DNA of 63,494 nucleotides, filler included, from Folioceros fuciformis (Eukaryota): NCBI GenBank assembly GCA_049999805.1. It is 6 parts of 6 records of this genome, joined end to end, with 100 filler letters (N's around TTAATTAATTAA, not from the genome) between each part and the next. Parts side by side here need not be neighbours in the genome. Positions count along the whole stretch, not along the records: positions 37,886 to 56,885 come from JBNGIO010003101.1; positions 56,986 to 60,819 come from JBNGIO010003132.1; positions 60,920 to 62,155 come from JBNGIO010003133.1; 3 more parts are not named here. One strand, 5' to 3'. Shown piece by piece: positions 50,531 to 62,255 of this stretch (position 1 is its first letter; each line of letters starts with the position of its first letter). The notes under the pieces were generated by a model. It saw only the letters and a program-made list of their open reading frames with translations, ran no database searches and was not told where the DNA came from. The position numbers and the translations under genes were made by a program.

Positions 50531-51055
50531 TCAGGACCATGAAGCATCCATTCTGCTTTTATGGAGCTGAAAGGCAGGATTCACCCAAGATCCGCAGCTG
50601 CACTGCATGCCAGCCCAGTTGAAATTCCCGAGTCTTGCTTGACATCTACCGCAGAAAAGCTTGCCTTCCACTACTCCTTCCGACACTGCAGAGCACAGCA
50701 CAGCGCATGCCAGGAATAACGTTACATCCAGTCCATATCACTGACCAACTAGGACGAACGGATCCAAGCTGAATTGACCTGTAGTCATCCATGTTTTCGG
50801 CTCCACAAAGATGGAGGAGCACACGGGGCGCTTCAGATCGTCTCCGACATGCTTGTCTCCGCCTTTCTTGCCTGCAAACCCTTTTGCCGTGCCACCACCG
50901 GGATGGTGTTCAATGGCATCGCTCTGACTCACCACATGTTCCCTGCACTTTCTGCATCTATAGACTACAATTCTTGGAAACCCGCCACCCACTTCCATAG
51001 GCGACGGGTCGGACGTAACATCTACAGCAGCAGGACTAGTCTCCCAGCCATCCAT
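50531..51055 (-). CDS. Stand-alone DUSP12/YVH1-type zinc-binding domain protein (no phosphatase domain); exons 51055-50779, 50685-50531 (143 aa)
   Basis: YRCRKCR, CSSIFVEPKTWM, EGKLFCGRCQARLGNFNWAGMQCSCGSWVNPAFQLHKSRMD. Confidence 0.9.
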
Positions 51056-51075
51056 CTGGATTAGGTCATGAAAGA

Positions 51076-51374
51076 TTACAGCGGCTTCTCGTAAGTGTTC
51101 AGGTCCCTGTACTCTTCGATTTTCCTCTGTATCATGTCCGCCACATGAGGCTGCACGAAGATGTGCGTGTCGTCCAACACCTGCACGATAAACCTCTGAG
51201 AGGAGGGCATCGCATCATTCAGACTCACAATATACTGTGCCATAGGTATGTCACTGCACAACAGCATCATGGAGTCCGAATAAGAAGAAGAAAGGCCAAC
51301 GATTAGCAGCCCAAAGTCGACCGCGGTGTGCGAGCTTACCAAGTGATCAGGATCCCTTTCGAAGCGCTCACCAT
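51076..51374 (-). CDS. TFB5: TFIIH subunit 5 (TFB5/GTF2H5/TTDA); exons 51374-51340, 51253-51076 (70 aa)
   Basis: MVSASKGILITC|DIPMAQYIVSLND...FIVQVLDDTHIFVQPHVADMI...NTYEKP; GT-AG intron, 213 nt total. Confidence 0.93.
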
Positions 51375-51685
51375 TGCAAAACGGGTAGGGGAGCTCACGC
51401 TGAGGTTAGTTCAGTAAGGAAGACTCGGAAGGCCTTACGCAAGAAGATCTCGCAGCTAAGACTAAAAACCCAACAGAACAAAGAAGTCCTTGCGCACTTG
51501 ACGTGTGGCTATCTGTTGTCGTAACAGGAAACTACGATAGTGGCGAATCACATATATGTATGTGGCTAACAGAAATCCCCAAGATGGCAATCAACCGTCA
51601 ACACAGGTTACAGAAATCACAGCAGGATTTAGTATGCTACATATTGGGTGTCTGATCACTCAGCCTTGCAGTGGAGGACAGAGCA

Positions 51686-53067
51686 ATGATTCCCAGAGGA
51701 ATGATAGTGACGGGGAAGCCCTCCTCTTCCACCGCTAGCACTGCATCAAAGCCCACAGTGACTGAGAGCCATTCCTATGGAGTGAGAAGTACAAGCTCAA
51801 TATCGTTCCAGGCTCTTAGGAGGGGTCCGTCTGATCCTGAAGGGACTTTGGTGAGGCTGTCAGACCGTCCGTCCATGTGCATCAGTGCTCTGGGGGCAGA
51901 GATAGCAGTGGGCTCATCAGATCATGCTGTGTACATCATTAATGTGGAGAAAGGAAAATTTGTGAGGGCCTTGTATGGGAAACAATGGGGCCATACAGAG
52001 TGGGTCACCTGTGTGAAGTTCATGGATGACGGCCGTGTTCTCAGTGGGGGAATGGACAGCAAGCTTTGCCTGTGGGAGAAGAACGTCGTGCGCTGCAGCA
52101 ACCTGGTCGGGCACAGCAAGTCAGTGACCGCCTGCGCAACCAATGCGGATAGCTCTCTGGGGATCAGTTCCAGCTACGACAAGACACTGAAAGTGTGGGA
52201 TCTACGCCGTGGGAGCAGGACTGCTTCCTGCCTGGGGACGCTGAGGGGCCACGCTGGGGCTGTCGTGTCCTTCATCTTCAGCGCCAAGCAGGACTGGATT
52301 GTGAGTGGGTCTAGGGTTGGAGAACTCATAATGTGGGACGTGGAAGAAGGCAGGATCTTAGTGCACTGCAAAAATGCTCATGCCGGCCAGATCACGGCTC
52401 TCGAATGCATTCTGGGAGGAACAGACCAGGACGGACGAGAAGCAGGCACAGGGGATCTCTTGCTTACTGGAGGCCAAGACGGATTTCTCAAGTGTTGGGA
52501 TTTCCGAGCAAACCCTGCATGTGTGGACAAATCAAGGTGCGTTCCCTCGCTTCAACTATGGTGCTTCCATTCCCTAAGAAACGGCAGCCGGCCAACCTTT
52601 TGAGGTATGGTGTGACAAGAACAGGATATTCGACAGCTCCCCGGTAGGATTCTTAGCTGCTTCATACGAGGCAGATGGATCTGCTTTGGTTGTGGCGGCT
52701 GGAGACAAGATGGTGAAGGTTCTAGACCCCCGAGCCTCCTTCCAAGCCATTCACACCATGAGCGAGCACAAGCAAGGCATAACCTGTCTATATGTAAATG
52801 GTATTAACCCTCCACCTTTCCTACGACGAGGCAAAAGCATCATCGTAACACAGAAATCAGCAGAGTGCCTAAGCACCTTCGTCCGCAGGTGGCCTGGCCT
52901 GGAGCGGGGCTCTAAACGGGATGCTCATTGCCCACCAAGTTGCCTCAGGAGAATGCCTGTACGGCCTTGGTGCGGACAAGGGAGCTGTCAAGTGCGTATG
53001 CCTTGCAGGAGACAACAAGCTTGCCGTAGCGGGAGAGGACGGAAATGTCCTCATCTATTCCCACTGA
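51686..53067 (+). CDS. WD40-repeat protein; exons ~51686-52536, 52625-52800, 52889-53067
   Basis: GHTEWVTCV..LSGGMDSKLCLW, GHSKSV..SSSYDKTLKVWD, GHAGAV..LIMWD, TGGQDGFLKCWD; introns keep phase; start could lie in an upstream exon near 51556. Confidence 0.88.
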
Positions 53068-54464
53068 ACGGCAGCTGTAAAGGCTGTAAACCACATTCGT
53101 GTTTCTCCAACGAACTTTCACCCAAGGAATCACACTCCAGCTAAACATTTCCTACCTCAAGTTTCCAGGCAAAACCGAAAATTTGACTTCTTCGACACGG
53201 TTAAAGGAACTGTTCGGAATGTGCCAGTTGTATGTGCTGACGCGAAATACCACTACCTTCCCTGCAGAAAGCGTCCAGAGTTTGATCGCCTGAAGATGTT
53301 CAGACGTCAATGTTTTCATTTTGGTTAGAGCAAGAAAATCTTTGCTGGACAAAGATCCCTTCAAGGATTGCACAGATGTGGACTGTGGAGGCAAGTTTTC
53401 ATACAATTCCTAAGCGAGGATGAAAATTCTGCCCCCCACCGTGCAAGTAACAGGGCTGACAACATGACACGTGGATATTCCACGTCCAGCTCCACTGCCA
53501 CGTGATGATTACATGGGTCCCTGACCATTGCGCCTTGAGCTGGTGATTTGCTGTCACAAAAGACCGTTTCTGCACAGAAGACAAGCTAATTCTTGGTCTG
53601 AGCAGGTACAAGCGAAAGGCTGAGAGTGTCTTCTGTTTTTGACAGTCAGGACATCAATCTTATCAAATCTCATCAGTGAGGATAGTATGGGTGCTCTTGC
53701 CTTTGGTTCCCTCCTGCTGGCAATTATGCTGCCAGTCTCAGTGGCTCTCCTGACGAACAACCATCATTCAGTAGGCTGGCAGAGCTGCAGTCAGAGGCCC
53801 ACTAAATGCAGTGACCCTTGAATTTGATGCTCTGCGCTGTTTTTGATTGCTTGCAGTCCTGCACGTCAGCTCACTGTCACGGTAAGGGTGTGACAAGTGC
53901 ATGGTGTTCACCAGACTTCTTGAATGTCAAAAGGAAACTACTTGGCCAAACATGTTGCCTTTGACAGACACTTTTGACCATCGGTATGGGAAATACTGCG
54001 GACTAGGGTAACCCAGAGGCACTGTGGAAGCGGATGCGATGCAGTGGATGCCTGCTGCCAGTAACACGACATGTGTGTGGGTCCTCACTACGGTAAGTGA
54101 AATCTGCACCCAATGGCACACACGACTTCTTCCATTTCTTCCTGACAGTGTCATGCATCCATCGTGGATTGTGAGAGCACCTACTCGCAGTTCAGGGCAC
54201 CCGCCAACTTACAGTCTGCATCGGACAAGTACCTGACAACGCTGCCTCATTCCCCTACAACACCTGCAGCTTGAGCAACGTCAAGGACCTCACGCCGACA
54301 CCTACTTGGTGGGTCGTGCCGACACGACGAGCATGCCACCCTGGTTCATCACAGTCTGCCTCACATCTCTTTACCTTTCTTTTCGATCTCTTCCCCTATT
54401 CTGAGCCTTCTCGCAGTCTTCAGGGTCTTGACAAGCAGAACATGAAACCCACTTTCTTGCCCCC

Positions 54465-54725
54465 TGTAGCCTTGAACCGTAGCTGATGGGAACCGAGGGT
54501 GTGCCGATTGATGGCAGCCCGATCGGACTGTGCTTCCACAGCTTTAGTTGTTCCATCCACCAGCCACCGCTGCATTTGCCGAGCTCTGTTGCACTTCCTC
54601 GGAAGTAAGCCCCTCGAAATCCCTTCAGTTCTGCAGTGAAGTCTCGTCGTCTAGCATGCCAGGCAAGACAGCTGGTGCAGGTTCAGGAACCACAGGCTCG
54701 CCGCCCACAAACAGGTCGTTGATAG
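54465..54725 (-). pseudogene. Truncated, degenerate duplicate of part of the 55399-56628 ORF
   Basis: CTTGAACC.TAGCTGATGG..ACCGAGG.TGTGCCGATTGA.GGCAGCCCG (54471 vs 55642) and GGCTCG.CGCCCACAAACAGGTCGTTGAT (54695 vs 55919). Confidence 0.8.
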
Positions 54726-55398
54726 CCCAGTCGATTCCTCCGTGGTTAGGGCAGTTTGCTTATGGTCCACAATCGTGGAAGCAGGAAGACTTTCAACATG
54801 CATGCCAAGGAAGAACTGGCAAATGCATGCATAATGCGCATGGACTGCCATTCTCGGCAAAGACTGAAGCCGGATTTCAGAGACGAGCCAGGGTTTGTCT
54901 CATTCCCTTTCAGGGCCGAAGGATTTCTCATCTTCTTCTTTACTCCAGTAAAAGGGATGGTTTAAGAAAAGAATTTGACATGATCTACATTCAGTAACGC
55001 AAGAATCACGGGATGTGACTGTAGTGTCATTGGCATACCCTACATCCAGCTGGATGTCTCATCCTGGTAAGATCCAATTTCATGTTCTCCTTCAGAAAAA
55101 GAAGTAGAAATGGTACACATTGGCAGCCCGCGATCGGATGCTGTGTGCGAATCTACCTTGCAATGAGGATTCCTTTCGAAGGTCTCATCGTTAGCAGCTC
55201 ACGCTGAGGCTCAGTCAGGAAGACTAGGAAAGTTTCACTCAAGGAGATCTGGCTGCTAAGACTTGAAAAACCAACAGTATCGAAATCGTTGTACCCTTGA
55301 CGGGTGGCTATCTCCTGTTGTGACAAAAAATTCCCAAGGTGGCAAGCCGCATACATCGCTAGACGAAATCCTTGGAACAAAAGTGATTGAGAGCCATC

Positions 55399-56628
55399 CT
55401 ATAGAGTTTCTTCGGTGACCAGTGTCTGGATGTCTAGCAGATCCAGTGGGACATTAGCAACTGCAGACTTGGTGCCGTGAGTGGATGGTGGCTCAACGTC
55501 AAAGAAGCCTCCCAAGTGATAATCTTGGTATCGGTCATGGCAGCTTTCTCCACTGTGATTGCGCAGGGCTGGTACAGAATCTCCCGTGTCAGGACGCCAT
55601 CTCAGCAGATCGCCATCCTCATTATAGAACAGGCGGATAGCCTTGAACCCTAGCTGATGGATACCGAGGTTGTGCCGATTGACGGCAGCCCGTCGATTAG
55701 CCTGTGTTTCCACAGCTTTCATTGTTCCGTCCATCGCCATGGCTGCGTTGGCCGAAACCTGTTGCACATCCTCGAAAGTGAGCTCCTCGCAAAAGACTAC
55801 TTCCCTTACAATCCAAAGTTCCAGTGAAGTCCCATCTGCGCCTTCTCTCGGATCGCAGGCGCGCGAAATCTTGCGCACATCCGGTTTCCAGAGAGGTGGT
55901 GCCGCTTCAGGACCCGCAGGCTCGTCGCCCACAAACAGGTCGTTGATGGCGAAGTCCTTTATTGCATGATAGGACAATTTGCTGATGGTGCACAGCATAT
56001 CAGCACGGGTGTTGCACCCAGCCGTGATGAACTGCAAAATTTTAGCTGAGAGCCCGGCCCCGGTGGAGATGCGTTCCTGGTGGACGCTCTGATCTTGGTG
56101 CACACCGAAAATGCCGTCCTCCGGGAGGTTATCGCACTCTCTCGCCTTCAGCATCCGCAGTCCCTGTTCAATGTCGGCTGCGTAGGCAGCGTAGTCCTCC
56201 GCATCGGGATAGTCATCGGCATCAGTGGGAGTAGGGCAGGGACGATTGAAGTCTAGGAAGGAGCCCAGATTAAGAATACACGTGCCGCTCCCAAAAATGC
56301 CCCCTCTCACCCTCACCATAAGGTCAAAGAGTCTAACGCGATCCGTCGGCCTCAGACCCACGAGCTTGAATTTGTAATAGAGATGCGCTTCAAACTGCTT
56401 GGCCCCCATCTGCTTGGAAACGGATTCCTTCACCACGGCTGGCACCTTATCGATATCCTGAAGCTGAGTACAGCACACTTTGACAAGCTGCCCGTGTCGT
56501 GAAATGGCCGGTGACAAGCTAGTGCAGAAACTGACCTTTCGACAGTGAAGATACTTGGAAAGATTCACGTCGCACCGTGTCCGCGTTTTCTCAAGGAAAC
56601 CGCGTGATCCGACAACGTTGTTCCACAC
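55399..56628 (-). CDS. Hypothetical protein (409-aa open frame, unknown family, 5' end unclear)
   Basis: Long uninterrupted ORF with globular composition; partial paralog next to it; no recognised motif. Confidence 0.55.
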   Translation of the reverse strand: MWNNVVGSRGFLEKTRTRCDVNLSKYLHCRKVSFCTSLSPAISRHGQLVKVCCTQLQDIDKVPAVVKESVSKQMGAKQFEAHLYYKFKLVGLRPTDRVRLFDLMVRVRGGIFGSGTCILNLGSFLDFNRPCPTPTDADDYPDAEDYAAYAADIEQGLRMLKARECDNLPEDGIFGVHQDQSVHQERISTGAGLSAKILQFITAGCNTRADMLCTISKLSYHAIKDFAINDLFVGDEPAGPEAAPPLWKPDVRKISRACDPREGADGTSLELWIVREVVFCEELTFEDVQQVSANAAMAMDGTMKAVETQANRRAAVNRHNLGIHQLGFKAIRLFYNEDGDLLRWRPDTGDSVPALRNHSGESCHDRYQDYHLGGFFDVEPPSTHGTKSAVANVPLDLLDIQTLVTEETL

Positions 56629-56723
56629 GCCTCCTGCTCTGACAACTCGAACATGACTTCAATATGAATTCTGTGGCGGGTGATTACTGGGATGGGTCCT
56701 ACTTCAACAGCCGTGAGGATTGA

Positions 56724-56885
56724 GTGCTTACTAGAACAATGAAGCGTGCTTACTCCAACAATGAACCTTGCGGTGGGTGCTTACTCCAACAATAAAGCTT
56801 GGGATGCGTGCTTACTCCAGCGGCGAACCTTGAGATGGGTGCTTACTCCAACAATGAACCTTGAGATGGGTGCTTACTCCAACAA
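56724..56885. repeat. ~31-bp tandem repeat running into the gap
   Basis: GTGCTTACTCCAACAATGAACCTTGAGATGG units. Confidence 0.88.
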
Positions 56886-56985
56886 NNNNNNNNNNNNNNN
56901 NNNNNNNNNNNNNNNNNNNNNNNNNNNNNTTAATTAATTAANNNNNNNNNNNNNNNNNNNNNNNNNNNNNNNNNNNNNNNNNNNN
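56886..56985. other. Artificial contig linker
   Basis: N44-TTAATTAATTAA-N44. Confidence 0.98.
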
Positions 56986-57656
56986 AGGGCACAGCCTCCA
57001 TGACCGTTCAGGCTAGCCAGCCTGACGTTAGACTCTGACATACCATACCCCACATTTTCCCGTTCCTAGGTTCCTCTTATTATTTAATATTATTCTATCA
57101 TTATTTAATATTTAATATTATACATCTTTAATTAATATTAAACTAATCACCAGACCTAGACTCAACCTTTCCCGACCCTATGGTTCAGTACCGGACCTAA
57201 ACCTTCCCAAGTATGGGACCAAACCTATACCCACTCTAATAACCAAACCAACTATTTACTGGTCTATTAACCTAATTAGCACAAGGAAAAATAGGAAAAA
57301 TGACCAGAAAATAAAGGAAATTTAGATAAAATAAATAGAAAAAGAAGAACATACCATACCATACCACTATTAACCCTTTTTCAACCAAAACAAACCACTA
57401 CCCCAAACTTTGGAGGTTCACAGCTACGCATATGAACTGTATACAAGAAGAATATACGAGACATGAACACGGGTAGAGGTCGGGAGGGAAGCGGGATGAC
57501 CATATTGAGCTTCGGGCAAGGCATGGCAAGAAGGATCAGTTGGTTGCCAGGGATCAACGGGCAGCGGGTGGATGGCAACGCGACAGCGGGGGGGTGAAGA
57601 ATTTTTTGGGGGTATTTGGCAATTACATTGTATATTCCAATCAAGAAAAGAGTAAG

Positions 57657-59925
57657 TGTTATGAAATATGAAACAACAACTTGAAACTAAGCCAAAAGTC
57701 ATAACATTTCACTTTTGGGTGAAGGATAGCTAGGGGAGTCACATTGTGAAGGAGGAGAGGAGAAAGAGATGTCTCACACTCTATATTGCAAGGGGGCTCA
57801 AGAGGGTATTTATACCCTCCAGAAGAGCTCCCAAGGAAGCTTCACAAGAAGCTCATAAGAAGCTGCGCAAGAAGCTTCCTCAAGATTAGCTTAAGCTAAT
57901 CTAAATAATATTACTTAACTAGACACTAATCTTATACTAAACACATTATTCTAAGCACATTGGGCTTTAATAACCCTACAACCTCCCACTTAAAGGCTAA
58001 TTTACCTTCATAGGAGAGTGGTCTACCTTATGCCATGAGTGTCCGAGCTTGTGTGAATTGCTCCGTAGAGAGCCCCTTAGTAAGAATATCTGCAGGGTTC
58101 TGATTAGTGTGAACTTTGACAAGCTGCACCCTCTTGTCTTCCAACACCTCTCAAATGAAGTGATACTTCACTTCCACATGTTTGGTCTTCCAATGAAACA
58201 CTGGATTCTTCGCCCATTGGATAGCACTCTAGCTATCATAATGCAACATTGGCGGCTCAACCTTGATCCCCAAATCTCCCACTAAACTAGCAAGCCACAT
58301 GGCTTCCTTGCAAGCCTCAGTCGCTGCAACATACTCGGCCTCTATGATAGATAGTGTTATGCACGATTGCAAATGAGATTGCCATGAGACTGCCCCTCCA
58401 GTGCTCATGAAGACATAACCTGATATGGACCTCCTTTTGTCCATATCCCTTGCATAATCAGCATCCGTATATCCCATGACAAATGCATCTTCACTACCAA
58501 AACATATGCACAAAGCTTTTGTACCATTTAAATACCTCATAACTCCTTTTACTGCCTCCCAATGCTTCTTGCCAGGGTTTGACATAAACCTGCTAACCAC
58601 TCCCACTGCAAAAGCAATGTCAAGACGTGTAGCAATCATTGCATACATCAAGCTCCCTACAGCTGATGAGTATGGAACCTTCTCTATTTCAGATTTGTCC
58701 TCCGCAAGGCTTGGGCAATCCTTGCTTGAAAGTTTCACATTTGGAGGCAACGGAGTACTCAATATTTTCCCCTTCTCCATGTTGAAATGTTGAAGCACCC
58801 TGTTAACGTACTCAGTCTGAGACAAGTAAAGCAAATACTTATGTCTGTCTCGACGAATACGCATGCCAAAAATATGGTTGGCCTCTCCCAAGTTTGTCAT
58901 ATCAAAGCGAGCATTCAACTTTAACTTCAACGCTGAAATCTCATCACTACTATCCCCAGCAATTAGCATATCATCCACATAAAGGACCAAAATGAGCAAG
59001 CTTTCATCCTTAGCTTGCTTCGTATAGAGGCAATGATCCTCCTTGCTACGTTTGTAGCCTTGAGAAAACATAAATGAGTGGAACTTGTAATATCACTCTC
59101 TGGGTGCCTGTTTCAAACCATAAAGGCTCTTCTTTAACTTGCAGACTATATTCTCTCCGCCCTTCTCAATGAAACCCTCTGGTTGCTGCATGTATACCTC
59201 TTCTTGGAAATCACCATGCAGAAAAGCCGACTTCACATCCATCTAGACAAGTTTCATGTCATTCCTCGCAACCAGAGCAAGAACACATCGCAAAGTGGTC
59301 ATTTTGACAACTGGTGAGAAAATCTCATCAAAGTCAATACCTTGCTGTTGCTTAAAACCCTTAGCAACCAATCGTGCCTTGTACTTGGGTTTGCCATCAT
59401 GGGGTATGACCTTCATCTTATACACCCATTTGCGTGGCAATGCCTTCTTATCCCTAGGCAATCGAACCAACTCCCAAGTTTGGTTCTTATGAAACGAATC
59501 CATCTACGACTGCATCGCCTTCTCCTACTTGTCCTTGTCAATCACTGACATGGCCTCTTTGTAACAAGAGGGCTCCGCACAATCCGTCAGCATGACATAA
59601 TCAAGAGATGCAACATACTTGTCAGGAGGACGTGAAATCCTTCCTGACCTACGAAGCACATGCGCCTCGACCGGAGCTGGTTGCACTCTCTCTTCTTCTA
59701 CAAGTGGAGGAACGGGTTACTGCACATCACGACGTTCAACCTGTTCGTGACGATCAAGATCATCTTCTTGGAAGGCCACTTGTCGTACCTCCACAGTTGG
59801 AGTAGGCTTCTTGTGCATCTTAGTCTCATTGAAGAACACGTCATTGCTACGAACAACCTTCTTGGCTTCTGGATCCCATAAACGGTATCCCATCTCATCA
59901 GAGTCACCAGATCCAAGAAAAATAT
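57657..59925 (-). mobile_element. Ty1/Copia 3' half (integrase end, RT, RNase H, PPT, 3' LTR ~57657-57980), second family
   Basis: [66 protein letters not shown] before TGTAGG; stops present. Confidence 0.92.
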
Positions 59926-59989
59926 TGTTTAGATCCTAGTAGTAGGATGTTGTGCCTCTAGTTTGTGTCCTAGTAGTAGGATGTTGTGC

Positions 59990-60482
59990 CCTTTGCGAGA
60001 AAGCAGGACTCGCACACAGGGAGATGCCAAAAGCATTTGGGTAGGGGCTCTTTATACAAGTCTTGTGACGCCATAGATATAAGCTTGTTCTTATTGATAT
60101 GTCTGAGCCTTGCATGCCATAGGGACGCTGGATCATTCGAAGGTATCTTCTGTAGTTCAACGACGAGGGTAGACGGCTCGCTCTCCTCGCCGAAGGATAG
60201 CTTATAGAGACTGTCCTAAGGGTCAGCGGTGAAGAGGCACTGTTCAGGGTTGGTGTCCCGGAAGAAGCGGCATGACCCCCTTTTGAAAGCATCTCAAGGT
60301 CATTGTACTTCAAAATTTGGGTCATGGAGATGAGATTTTTCCCCATGCGGAGAACGAGGAGCACAGGCTCTAGTGTAAGCACCGAACCATCCTTAAGGGA
60401 GAATTCGCAAGTGCCTTGTTCCTTGATAGGCAAGCTAGATTTACTCTATTCATCTCCAAGTAGCACTCTTTCTCTGAGGGGA
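59990..60482 (-). mobile_element. Copia protease/pre-integrase fragment of the same family as 13805-19673
   Basis: VLLGDE*..LPIKEQGTCEFSLKDGSVL...MGKNLIS and LWHARLRHINKNKLISM..EPLP..LPVCESC align with the first Copia. Confidence 0.8.
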
Positions 60483-60819
60483 TGTGGAGGCAAAACCCCG
60501 GGCACTGATTGCCGAAGGGTCCCACCTTTAGTGGCCACACTTATCCCACTGTCGTTGAGACATTGGGTTTCGTTCCCACGAAGGAGCGATGGGGTTCCTT
60601 GCTGCTGTGGATGGAGGGTCGGACTTGATGAACTCGATGATGGATTCGAGGGCTCCCCTCCAGCTCCGATCAGGCGTAGGACAGGCCTCGCTGTCCGGCG
60701 GTCAGCTGCACCTCTCTCGGTGCCCCCAAACTCACTCCAGTCACTACAACGACTCTAACATCTCAGATCTGCGACTTCTCTCACACACTTCACTCACTCT
60801 CTCACTCCAGCACCAACAC
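60483..60819. mobile_element. LTR-like insertion (related to 12769), truncated by the gap
   Basis: TGTGGAG start interrupts the Copia frame; motif shared with 12769-12860. Confidence 0.4.
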
Positions 60820-60919
60820 NNNNNNNNNNNNNNNNNNNNNNNNNNNNNNNNNNNNNNNNNNNNTTAATTAATTAANNNNNNNNNNNNNNNNNNNNNNNNN
60901 NNNNNNNNNNNNNNNNNNN
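60820..60919. other. Artificial contig linker
   Basis: N44-TTAATTAATTAA-N44. Confidence 0.98.
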
Positions 60920-60924
60920 GGCAG

Positions 60925-61140
60925 ATGAAGCCTTACAACCGGAGCTGTCCGGCCCAACCCTCAATGCTCCTGCGACTGTGGATACATCAAGATATCCCAG
61001 AGTGTCATCGCGGCCAACTCGTCCCCGGTGATGGGTGGGAAGCAAACATTTGCTGTGAACGGGTTGTCATATCTGGCACCATTAACACCCGTGAAACTAG
61101 CTCACTACTTCAAGATCCCTGGAGTATTTGAGCTGAACCT
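60925..61140 (+). pseudogene. SKU5-similar (SKS) multicopper-oxidase-like exon fragment
   Basis: *SLTTGAVRPNPQCS...GGKQTFAVNGLSYLAPLTPVKLAHYFKIPGVF matches the SKS pattern WNLTAxAARPNPQGS...YAVNxxS...TPLKLADYF; conserved W mutated to TGA. Confidence 0.75.
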
Positions 61141-62155
61141 CCTGGCACCCTACTACACTTGTTACCAAGTCACCAAACACCCAACGATAGTGCTTCTGTA
61201 CGGTGGTCGTCATCTCGAAAGTTGCTCTTGACTGAAATGTTCCGTACTTGTTTTGGGGAAGTGTCTGTTATTAAGCAAGTCCAGCCAGTACCAGGCCAAA
61301 ATATAAATTAAACCTCTAAGGTCTTTGGGTGCACTTGGAATCGGAGTCAATGCAAGTGGGGGAAAGAGGTCTCCCAGACTACTGGTAGTCACGTCATGCA
61401 TTCTGCATTGCTGACATGGAGGCACTCAAAAGCTTACGGCACCCTGATGCATGTGCCAAGAAATACACCTGGACACCTGGAGGTAGTCCATTCGTACGGA
61501 GGTTGAAGAGCTTGACCATGTTACGGCCCGGCCAAACCATGCGTCGTAGCGTGCGTACGGGCAGTACCTTGGTAGATTGCGATCACGACGTGTCACTACG
61601 CGACTTAATTATAGGCAACTGGGTAGCAAGTCATTCAACTTGGGTGGGTCACTCGAACAAAGCCAAGCCTGCTGGCTGTTATGAATTCTAACACCTATGA
61701 ATTTGATACAAGAGGGACGCAAACACGGCAAGTGCAACTGTTCTACGTCGGATTAGGCGCAGGTATGAATCGGCACTGACCGCCGGAGACTCCAGCCCAG
61801 TTAAACTGGTACTTCACCATTTGGGGTGTCCATTTCTAACTGGGCCCCAGAAGCTCAACGTCACACTACTTGTCATCACTCAAGTGCCGCAAGGGTCCAA
61901 GCTCTACCAGCACTCCACGAATATCCTGAAAGTCGTGGTCAGTCTATAAAATTCCTTCCTTCCTTTCTTCCAGCTACCTTCCACACACGCCTGCAGCTGC
62001 TTATAATCCCGGCAGCGGCATGCCGTTTCCCACAACTGCAATCCATACTCCACACCCGTGAGTGTTCTCTTTCTGATCTCAGCTCATTTGTAAATTCGGC
62101 AACTCCATTCACAATTCCTCTCTTCAGGCAGCACTGAAAGCAGCGTTCAGCGACC

Positions 62156-62255
62156 NNNNNNNNNNNNNNNNNNNNNNNNNNNNNNNNNNNNNNNNNNNNT
62201 TAATTAATTAANNNNNNNNNNNNNNNNNNNNNNNNNNNNNNNNNNNNNNNNNNNN
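62156..62255. other. Artificial contig linker
   Basis: N44-TTAATTAATTAA-N44. Confidence 0.98.

Noticed and set aside
56724-56885. CRISPR-like periodic GTGCTTACTCCA repeats
   Set aside because: Intervening sequences are themselves similar, the context is eukaryotic and there are no cas genes; this is a simple tandem repeat.
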